Source: an uncultured bacterium (GTDB taxonomy: Bacteria > Oederibacteriota > JAAXVQ01 > JAUVAV01). Taken from it: 64,000 bases of DNA. Location: NCBI GenBank assembly GCA_963710755.1, contig CAVQBK010000013.1, forward strand, positions 160,001-224,000. Direction: 5' to 3'. Below the pieces are notes generated by a model that had not been told where the DNA came from, did no database searches, and saw only the letters and a list, made by a program, of their open reading frames with translations. The position numbers and the translations under genes are program-made. Each line of letters begins with the position of its first letter. Within the stretch, counting starts at the first letter, position 1. Below are positions 35,924-45,900 of this stretch, piece after piece.

Positions 35924-38900
35924 GAGGACGCTCCTTTACTGGTCCATTTATGCCGCATAGTACTGAGCAGGCTGTAAAGGGCCGGCACCAACAACAAGGT
36001 AATCATGGTTGAAAATAAAAGTCCCCAGGCCAGGGCCAGCATCATCTCGGCCAGCATGGCATCATAACCGGCCCAGCCGTAGGCGGTGGGCAAAATGGCC
36101 ACCACGGTGGTCAAGGTGGTTAACATCACGGCCCGTAGACGGGTTTGTGCTATTTCTGCAATTTGCTGATTGGACATTTCCTGATGACGGCCGCGGTCAT
36201 ATTCACGATCTAATTTGGAAAGCATCACAATGGAATCATTGACCACTACGCCGGTGAGGCCGAGCAAGCCCACAGCAGCCATAAACCCGAACTCCGTCAT
36301 GCCGTGGGCCCAAAAGGCGAAGACCACGCCGATCACGCCAAATGGAATGGAGAGCATGATCAACAGAGGTTTGACCAGTGAATTAAAGAGCAAGGCCAGC
36401 ACCAGGTATATCAGACCCACCACCAAGGCAATGGCTAAAATGAACGCTCCGCCCGATTCCCTGGTATCTTTGATTTCCCCGCCAAAACTGAGTCGCGTGG
36501 AAGGTGAGTCGGCAATAAGATCTGGAAATAATGTCGTTTCCGCCTGTTCGGCGATTTCCAAAGGCGTCAGGCGATGGCCGTCCTTTAAATCGGCAAATAC
36601 CGAGGTGGTACGTTTCAATTCTTCCCGGTAAATGGAACTGGGTGTTTTCACTTTCCTTACGGTAACCAGATCCTTAAGCGGCACCAGGTAATGGCCATTG
36701 TTTTCGATGGGGATGTCAAGCAGGGTGCGCAGATCCTGTTTATTTTTGGTCATAGCCGTTAGCCGCACGTCAATAGTTTCATCATCTCCTGACAATTCAT
36801 AAAGCACCTTACCGTCCACCATGGCCCGCAGGGAGCTGCCGATAACACTGGGATTAATACCCAGGCGTTTTATTTTTTCCCGGTCCAGCTTCAACTTGAA
36901 TTCTTGATTAGGTTTAGGCTCATCGATTTCCACATGGGTCAGGTCGGGCAGCTTTTTGAAAGCAGCGACTAATTCCCGGGCAATGGTTTCCCGTTTTTGA
37001 TCATTGTTTTCCTGCACCAGCACCTCAATCGGGCTGCCACTGGCCTGCCCAAAGTGGCTCTTGGCCACCATTAATTTGTTGATCCCGGGCACGGCCTTCA
37101 TCTTTTCTTCCCAGCGTTTGGCCAGGGCGGCACTGGCGATGGTGCGCTTTTCCTTGGGCACCAGCTCGATAAGCAGCCGGAATTGGTTTTCCTTGACCGC
37201 GCTTCCCCGCCGGCTCATGGCAATGGCTGTTCGGTAGCCCACCACTTCTTTGCCTACATACGGATCGAGCTTGGCTTCCAGTGTACGTACCAGTTGCTCG
37301 GTTTGAAAACGATTGGCATCATCGGGTGCAAAGCCGGTAATGAAAACTTCGGTTGTTTCTTCATTAGGAAACATAACGAAACGCATCTGGCTTTTAACCA
37401 GCCAAATCGCGCTGGTGAACATCAGGAGAAAAACCAGAAAAACAATCCCTTTGTGGACCAGCACCTTGTTCAGAAGGCGGCCATAAGCAGCTTCCACTGC
37501 CAGGAACCAATGACGGTCATTGGTCACGTCCGATTGGACAACGCCCTTGGGGCGATGGTTGCGTAGAAAGTAACGTTCGATCAAAGGCAGCGTGCCCAGC
37601 GAGAAGGCCACCCGCAGCCAGCGCGGCACATCAATTTTCATATGCGCCGGCAAAATAAACACCGATTCAAAAAGGCTGGCGCCGAGCATCATGGTGACGA
37701 TGGCAGGAATATAGGCCACCATCCGGCCCATATGGCCGGGAAAATCAAGTAAGGGAATAAACGCCACGCAGGTGGTGACAATGCTGGCGAGAATAGGTAA
37801 AAAAACATAGCTGGTACCTTTAACCACGGCCTCGTCCATGGTCATGCCCTGTGATCGAAAGCGGGAAATGTTTTCAGCCACTACAATGGCGTCGTCCACG
37901 ATCATGCCCATCACAATAATAACCGCGGCCAAGGTAATGTTGTTGATGGTATAGCCGATAAAGTGGACAAAAATCATGGTCAAGCAAAAAGTAAAAGGAA
38001 TGCCCATGGCCACCCATAAGCTGGATTTGAGATCAAGAAAAATAAGGAGCATGACCAGTACCAGCACAAATCCGATCAGCCCATTCCATCCGATCAGACT
38101 GAGACGATTGCGTACATCCCGCGATTCGTCATCCAGCAGCAGTACGGCCATTTTCTGTTCTCCCAGATGGCCGCTCTGAAAGCCGGCCACTTCCTCGTGC
38201 ACCGCAGCCATGGCATCGAGAATTCCGGTACTGCTGCTTTTAACCACGCGCAAGAACAATCCTTCATGTCCGTTGATCTTGCGGATGGCGGTGGTTTCCT
38301 GATACCCCTCTTTAATAGTGGCCAGTTCCCGCAGGCGCACCGGTTGGCCTTCAAAGCTGCCTTGAACAATGACCTGATTCAATTTCTGAACCGTGTCCAG
38401 CTCCGCATCAATGGTCACCTTGGATTCATTACGGTCTTTAAGGCTGCCGGCCGGGATGCGCAGATGATTGTTTTGAATCTCCTGAATGACTTGGTTGAAA
38501 GAAAGGTTGTAAGCCCGCAGCTTGTTCGGGTTGAGTTCGATCTGGATTTCCGGCTGTAAATAGCCGGAATACTCCACCCGGCTGATCTCCGGCCGCGAAA
38601 GCAAGCGGTTTTCCAGAGCCAGGGCTACCTGCTGCAAGGCTTGACGCCGGGCAGTGTTCAACAGATGGACATCGGTGGGATAAACAGCGATATCCACAAT
38701 GGCTTTTTGGGAGGTTTTAAACACACGAAATTGCGGATCATCGAGGATGTCTTCTGGCAAGTTGACATCCATCACCGTGTTTTTTATATCCGTAATAACT
38801 TCGCTTTTATTGTCCAGGTTGGGCTCTAGCTCGACATTAATGCTGGCCACACCGGAACTGCTGTTGCTGGTCACCCGGTAGATGCCGTCTACACCTCGCA

Positions 38901-39135
38901 ACTCCTCTTCGATGGGACGGGTAACAAAATGTTCCACGTCATCCGCTGTGGCGCCGGAATAATGGACGGTGATACGCATGGTATCAAAGGTAATATCCGG
39001 CAGTTCTTCCTTCATGGTATGAAACCAAAAGTAAGCACCAAAAACGAAAACCGTGATAAAAATAAGGTTGGTCAGAAGATGGCGCTTGGCGAAATAACTA
39101 ATGAGTGTTTCCCACATACTTGCTTGCTCTTTCAT
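35920..39135 (-). CDS. RND efflux transporter permease (AcrB/AcrD/AcrF family)
   Basis: 1071 aa, GMIVDDAIVVAENI, GVVVNDSIV, RLRAVMLTTLTT. Confidence 0.93.
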   Translation of the reverse strand: MKEQASMWETLISYFAKRHLLTNLIFITVFVFGAYFWFHTMKEELPDITFDTMRITVHYSGATADDVEHFVTRPIEEELRGVDGIYRVTSNSSSGVASINVELEPNLDNKSEVITDIKNTVMDVNLPEDILDDPQFRVFKTSQKAIVDIAVYPTDVHLLNTARRQALQQVALALENRLLSRPEISRVEYSGYLQPEIQIELNPNKLRAYNLSFNQVIQEIQNNHLRIPAGSLKDRNESKVTIDAELDTVQKLNQVIVQGSFEGQPVRLRELATIKEGYQETTAIRKINGHEGLFLRVVKSSSTGILDAMAAVHEEVAGFQSGHLGEQKMAVLLLDDESRDVRNRLSLIGWNGLIGFVLVLVMLLIFLDLKSSLWVAMGIPFTFCLTMIFVHFIGYTINNITLAAVIIVMGMIVDDAIVVAENISRFRSQGMTMDEAVVKGTSYVFLPILASIVTTCVAFIPLLDFPGHMGRMVAYIPAIVTMMLGASLFESVFILPAHMKIDVPRWLRVAFSLGTLPLIERYFLRNHRPKGVVQSDVTNDRHWFLAVEAAYGRLLNKVLVHKGIVFLVFLLMFTSAIWLVKSQMRFVMFPNEETTEVFITGFAPDDANRFQTEQLVRTLEAKLDPYVGKEVVGYRTAIAMSRRGSAVKENQFRLLIELVPKEKRTIASAALAKRWEEKMKAVPGINKLMVAKSHFGQASGSPIEVLVQENNDQKRETIARELVAAFKKLPDLTHVEIDEPKPNQEFKLKLDREKIKRLGINPSVIGSSLRAMVDGKVLYELSGDDETIDVRLTAMTKNKQDLRTLLDIPIENNGHYLVPLKDLVTVRKVKTPSSIYREELKRTTSVFADLKDGHRLTPLEIAEQAETTLFPDLIADSPSTRLSFGGEIKDTRESGGAFILAIALVVGLIYLVLALLFNSLVKPLLIMLSIPFGVIGVVFAFWAHGMTEFGFMAAVGLLGLTGVVVNDSIVMLSKLDREYDRGRHQEMSNQQIAEIAQTRLRAVMLTTLTTVVAILPTAYGWAGYDAMLAEMMLALAWGLLFSTMITLLLVPALYSLLSTMRHKWTSKGASS

Positions 39136-39378
39136 GGTGCTTTTGATGGTGCGGCCCGGATGCCGACCCCGGGCCGGCCGCGCAATGGTGGTTTGCTGAT
39201 TTCAACACTTAGCCATTATAGCCCAAGGCGGTTAAAGATAAAGTTTTTTTCATTTAAAGCTTGCCATTTTAGCGGTTGTATCCCATAATTTCTTCGTTGT
39301 TTCATTTGGGGGGTAAACCATTACCGCCATCTTTCGCCGCCACGCTTTAGGTTTTAAGACAACTTAAAGGAGGCTGTC

Positions 39379-39825
39379 ATGTTCAAACTTTTCAAACAAC
39401 CCTTATTTTATTTGTTCCTCGCTTTTTCCTTCATTTTTACGGTGGCCATTCATCCGGTTCCCTATTTAACCATGCCGGACTACGTGTATTTTTTTGGAAT
39501 CTTCATTTTAGCCATAGGCATCATCATCCTTATCGACTGCCTGACCCTGTTCATTAAAAAACAAATCCAGTGCGGGTTTGACAATACCATTGATTTTGTG
39601 GCTGAAGGCATCTATTTGTATAGCCGCAATCCTGATTATATCAGTCTGCTGTTTATTCTCACGGGCACGGCCCTGATGAGCCTTAATGGCCTGGCATTAT
39701 TAGCCCCGCTCACCTTTTACTACCTCTGCAATCACTGGTTTATTCCCCAGGAAGAATATGAAATGATCCGTGACTATGGTGCTGAATACGCCAATTTTCA
39801 GAACAAAGTGAAACGTTGGATTTAA
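39379..39825 (+). CDS. Isoprenylcysteine carboxyl methyltransferase/PEMT-family membrane protein
   Basis: GIYLYSRNPDY, IPQEE...YGAEYANFQNKVKRWI; GGAGG RBS. Confidence 0.85.
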   Translation: MFKLFKQPLFYLFLAFSFIFTVAIHPVPYLTMPDYVYFFGIFILAIGIIILIDCLTLFIKKQIQCGFDNTIDFVAEGIYLYSRNPDYISLLFILTGTALMSLNGLALLAPLTFYYLCNHWFIPQEEYEMIRDYGAEYANFQNKVKRWI

Positions 39826-39990
39826 CTTCCAACTTTTCCAACCACTATAGATTGTTCTTGTTTAAAATCAAATAAATCAAGGCCGGTGAATGCCGCATCA
39901 AAATGCATAAACAAACCCTCATCCGTCCCAAAGGGGAGAGGGGTTGGCTGGTCTTTCATTTAAAACAAATTCTAATGTCGCTGGCCTCTG

Positions 39991-42900
39991 TCAGGCGGAT
40001 GACCCTAGGGTTCTGCGGATGCGATAACGTTGTCTTGGTTGGTTCCGTTCTTGTCTCTGCCATGGTTTAAGCAGCCCGCTTTCCCATAAGGTTCGCACTG
40101 CCATCACCCCCAAACCCAAGCCTGCAATCACATGAGGCCATAGCCCCATGTCCAGGATATGCAGGCCCGCCACCAAGGCCGCCATGGTAACCGCGTAATG
40201 GCTCAAGGGCTGATTCCCGTTTAATTTATTATGTTTCTGTGCTTGATTAGAGTTGCCTTGGATGTCAAGCAAGCGACTCACGTGCAGGGTTAGGGTTTTA
40301 CCATCATCGCTGACTGAAAACGGAATACCGTAAACTTCCCCTGCTTTGGCCAACCCAACTTGTTTAAATGCCATTAGGGGTTGTTGGGCAGGTATGGCTT
40401 TCAGGATATTGCTTAACACATTGGCCGTTTTCTCCACAGCTTCGGTAAGCGATAAGCCAGACGCTTCCAGATTACGGATATCCGTTCGGATCACCATATT
40501 CTTTCTACTTTGACTGGCCGCCAATTGGGCAAGAAGCCGCATCCATTTGACATAGTGGTCAAAGCTTGGGTCTCTTTGTACCAAGGCATGGGAGAGGTGG
40601 ACAATATTATCTAATAAATCCACGTTGACTTTTAGTATTTTACGATAGCGTCCCTCTTCTTTGCCGAACAATTGGCTAATTTTCTCTTTTAACGTCTCTT
40701 TAGCAATTTGATTAAGGGGATGGGCGGCAATGGTGCTTCTGGCCATAGTTTCCAAGCGATATTGATCATAATGCTGAGCCATCATTTCCGCACTTCTGGG
40801 ATAAGCCATAATCTCGCCCAACTGTTCCACTTGGTGAGAAAGCTTGATATTATCTTTTTGGGCTATGACATCAAGAGCATTAAGGGCTTGCACCATCCAG
40901 AAAGGCAATCGTGATTTAAAAATCACCTTGGATAAAAGCAGTGATTCCCGCCGTTCCCCCAACCGGACCTGACCCAGGTAGGAATGGTAACGAATCAAAT
41001 TAACCGCCATTTTACGCACCCGGGTGGAGACTTTTTGTTTTTTCAAATACGTATCCGCCCATTGAGCACTTGCATCCTCATGGCCGTCCTGGCCCGGTGC
41101 AAAGGACAAGGCTACATCATGCAGGGCCACGGCCCAGAGAAAGGCCATTTGTTCTTCCAGAAAAGCGGACGTGAACCATGGCCGGAACAATCGCTGAACC
41201 GGTTTTTGCAATGCCGGGGGAAAGGCATTCCATTGTCGATCCTGAACGTTTTTGAAAAACTGCCAAGCCAGATGCATGCGTTTACCCCGGGATGGACTCA
41301 TTTGGCTAGCTATTTTTGTTACCTCACCATCGGCCAGGAGACGCTGTTGTGCCAATTGTTTAATTTCCAGCTCATCCAATTTACCCAGACGTAGCCAAAT
41401 CTGCCGCCCTTCAATGTATACCGGCAATCCAAATACACCACGAAAATTATTTTTTTTCAGTTCGCCAGCCACTTGCTCTGCCGTTGTGTTGGGATGCTTT
41501 TCTAAAATTTGAATAAAATATTTTAAAATGCTTTCGTCCGAGCGTAGGTGGCCGTAGTCTGAGTGAATAATAAGATCCTTTCGAACTTTACCCGTGGTGA
41601 CGGCCAGGCTTAACTGAGTAAGCAATTTCATCAGACGCAGATAGAGGTCCGGCCTGCTTTTGTGTATATCCAAAGCAAGGTGGCGCACGTGGTCGACCAT
41701 ATCCACTTGTCCGCCCAATTGGTGCAGTAACAGGTTGGCTTCCGGGCCAAATTCTGCTTGGATCTTCGGATCGTCTTTCGGATCAAAAGATCGGCTAGGA
41801 TCGAAATCCCTCCAATTTTGTGATCGAAAACTATCGAGACGATAACCTGCCAGGCCTTCGCCGGCAGCAGGAGCTTGATTGTTAAAGTGGATAATATTGT
41901 CCAGTTCCGCTTGGGACAATGCATTTAAATGCCCCAGGCGGGCAACAGCTTCCATGGTATGCATAATTTGCACCAGACTGAATTTCAAACGGCTGGTCAC
42001 CAAGGCGCGATGAAGGGAGGCATAGCGGATTTCCCCCAACCGGGCTTGGCCCATAAGAGACTGGATTTTTATGAGGCGCAGGGTAAGGTCGCGAATTTCG
42101 GGCAGCACCCGCAGGCGGTCGAGGATATCCTTGGCCACAGCACCACCGCGCTCTTCATGACCATAAGCTTCAGGATCAAGATAAAAACCCAAATCCTTAA
42201 GTCGCATAGCCCATCCCAGTGCCTGCTTTTCCACATATGTCGCATTTTGCCATGCTTGGTGCAATACCTGCAACTGAGTTTGATAGTCTTGGTCTCTGGA
42301 AAAATCCTGCCACTGGCTATCTACAAAACTGAAAAACGCACTTAACCCATGACGAATAAGACTGGCCCTTTGGGGAAGCCTTTGCCTCAGGGCTTTGAAT
42401 TCGGGCAGGCTATCCATATTAAGGTGACGATCCAGGGCATTGATTGGGGTTATCCGGAGATGTTCGTAACGTTTTTTCCAAACAGAAGGGCGAAAATAGA
42501 CAAAGGTATTCTTCTCCCACGCTTTCACATATCCTTGGTAAAAACTGTTCAACTCCTCCAGTCCGTGGCTACCATAGTTTTGGCTGATTAAAGCCTTCAA
42601 GGACTCACCCTTTAATAAAGCTTTATAAAAGGTTACCGCCTTTTGCCGCGCTTCCACTTCTCCAAAAGCAAGATATTTTTCATAATAGAGGTTGGCCAAG
42701 TCAGGGAGGAAATGAATATTACTCATTCCTCTTTGGGCACGAAACGCCACTTCAATACCGTTTTCCATAGTTTCTTGCCAACGGTCAAAATAAATTTTGG
42801 CTGGTCCCATTAACCCCAACCCAAGAAGGATCCGAGCCTGGGCCCCGATAATGTCCCAGGCTTGACTGAAATAGCCTTGGTTAATAAGGCCGGCCGTAAG

Positions 42901-45900
42901 TGGCTCATTGCCTTCCATAGCCTGATCACTTACTGCCCGGCGCAACCCATTGGGCGGCATGTAGCTATAGTTCTCTTTTTGATCCTCTTCCATACCGGCG
43001 GCTTGCATGATTCGTTGCCGCCGTTTTCGGCTGCGTTCGATCAATTCCGAAGTCCACTGCATATAATTTTCAGGATCTTTGAAGATTTCATCGCGCCATT
43101 GATCCATGATCATGGCTTGTTGATTGAGCGTAAAATCATCAAACACGGTGGCATAGAGTAAAAATTGCCATGCCGAAAGAGGACTGCCATCACCCAGTTT
43201 TTCCTGAAAAAGCACTTCTTGAATCTCTTTAAGATATTTGTGGAAAAGTTGATCTAAAAATTTCAATTTGTCCTTTTCCGTGATAGGCTGGGTTTGTTGG
43301 CCTAGATAATTGTCATAGATCTTTAACCAAGGATCCAACAACAGACGAATATGATCACTCCAGATATCAAAGCTGCCATTGTTGGCGGACGCAGCAATAG
43401 CTTTTTTGGAATAGATCAATGCCGTTTTAATAATATTTTGCGCCGAAAAATGTTGTTTTAACCAAAGCGCCAATTCCCGTATCTCTCTTTCAAAATAGGT
43501 TTCCATATTGATCAAATCGGCGGACAATTTGTTTTTGCTTTGACTTCTAAGCCGTTCCAGTTCCTGCAGACCTTTTTCAAAGGACCTTAAGGCATGGATG
43601 GCCACTTCGGTTTCATCAGCTTGATCTTGTTTTTGGCCAAGCTTTTGACGGCCTTGGAGATAATATTCAAAAACCGGCGTTTTCCAGGGCGCTATAAAAT
43701 TTGTAATAAGCGTCCTTGCCCATTTCCATTTTTTTAAATTAATGGAGGTCATTAACTGGGCAACTACATTTTGATCAAGATTTAACTTCTTAAACTGATG
43801 TGGGGCTTCATAATACAGTTTGATCGGTTTGACACCTTGCGATGTTATTAAAGCCTGGGAGATCGCGGTACGGCCATCACGTAAAACAGTCGGTCCCTGC
43901 AAATGTTGACCTCCTAAAAAGCAATCCTGATAAACGCCCAATACGCAAAGACTTTTTTGTGCCTCCTCCTTTTCCACCAAATCCTCTAGCCCGAAAATCT
44001 GTCCCGGTTGGATTTGGTATTGCCTCATCAACTTAATTTCCTGGTCCGTGTATTGGATATGATTACTTGGTGCCACCATGGCAGCCATGGTATAAGCCGG
44101 CTCTCCCTCGCCTAATTTTTGGGCAATCAGGGCGCTCAGTAAGGCTTGCGGCATACCGCCTTCACCTATGATCATATGAGGGGCCTCTTCACTCTTGCTA
44201 TTAAAATCAAGGGCCGGGGACCAGTCATCATTGAGCTTCAGTAACAGCTTACCCTTGGGCCCCGGTAAAAGCACTTCCCCCCGTCTATCGATTTCCTTCG
44301 AAATATCCCTTTCGTTTAGTACGATATCCATCTTGGAGGCAAAGGCCTTGATAAGCTCTTGATGATGCTCACGATAAAGCATGACTATTTTCGGGCGAAG
44401 GATCCCCTGCTTTTCAAAACCAGTCCAGATCTGATTAACCAAGCCGTTGACATCAACATGGCCATGGTCTTGATTTCCAGCCAATATCGCCTTCCAATCA
44501 ATAGTTCGAAATTTTGAAGAGGCAATGATTTTAAACATCCGTTTATCAGGGAGCGCCTTAAAAACCCTTTCCCGCGAGGATGGCGTAATTGCCAGGGCCA
44601 GCAACTGCCCCAAAGGGTTGCGGGCATGGGCCCCTTCCCCATAAAAAAACAGAACTTCGCGGGATGCTCTTCCGGTCAGTCCTTTGAAGAAAGTCCCGGG
44701 CACAAGACTGCCCGTGGGATTTTTCCGGGCATCAGAGCCAATGATTAAATAAGAAAAACGACGCATATTCATAAAAAACAAGCGCGCCCATCTTCTCGCC
44801 TTGGTTTCGAAACGAAAACGGTTGATATGCACCGGCCCGGGACCGGCATAACCCATCGAACGCTGGACTAACGTGCCTAAAAAGGACAGCTCCTCAGCGT
44901 AGTCCAAAAGCGACTCTCGTTCCGGCACACGGGGGAGAGAGACATCGTCCACGGAGCATTCTATAGGCCCATCAAGTAAATAGGTCTTCTGGGAAAGGTT
45001 GACCGCAATGGAATTTTTTACCTGTTTCAAAAATTCCTGTTTCACTTCATCCGGCTCTTTGCTTCCCCCGCCTGCAGGCGGTTGGTTTGCCTGATTGAGA
45101 TAAACATTTTCCTTCTTTATTTCCAGCTGCACCGCTGCTGGATTGTCCATGGCTCCGTAACCGGCAGAAATGCCGGCCAGAGCCATTTGGGGAGCTTCAA
45201 TGAGATGTCTGAGCCAGTGCCCGACAACGCGAGAAGCTTGTAGGGGCAGTTGATACAGTTGTTGGGCCAGGGCAAGACCTTGGCGCAGGACTTTTCGAAT
45301 AGTCCAATCCAAATCGCGGTGTTTGCTTACCCACTCAGCCATCTGCTCATAAGCATTGGTGTCACCAATGGCAACTGTCCACTTACCCAATTTCAGGGGA
45401 ACCGCTGTGGTAAAAGGGGCAGTTGGGGCCGAAGAATTGGTCAGAATGGCGGCTAAGCTTTCTGTTTTAATGGCCACCGACCGATGGTCAGGACTCCACT
45501 TAACATCAGGCTCATCTTCCCCGGGTCGAAGAGCATCGACTTTTGAACAGAAAACTTTGAGGGCAGCGATTTCCTTTTGTGTGGTGGCAACACCCGGTAG
45601 TTGATCTTGAAGAAATCCAGTGGCATTCCGTATGTCAACTTGGGGAGATTGAATGGGCAGGGCGAAACTGCTGCGATTGGGAGGCATTAATATTTTTTCC
45701 AAAGTGTTTTTTTCGCCCATCATATTTCTGAAATAGGGGTTGATCCGGTTACTCGCCCGATGGCAAGGCCGAATGCTTATAAAATTAATATTTTTTTCTT
45801 TTAAGGCTTGGGCAATGGCCCTTTCATGATAGCCGCCACAGACCAGGACAGCCAGGTCCTGGTTTGCTTCATCCATGCGCTTAAGCAGGTTGCGGACAAA

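Noticed and set aside
39379-39825. ICMT-family gene next to giant C as part of a CAAX-like processing pathway
   Set aside because: The orientation is convergent, the family is widespread in bacteria, giant C lacks the CPBP-like motifs, and neither complete giant ends in a CAAX motif.
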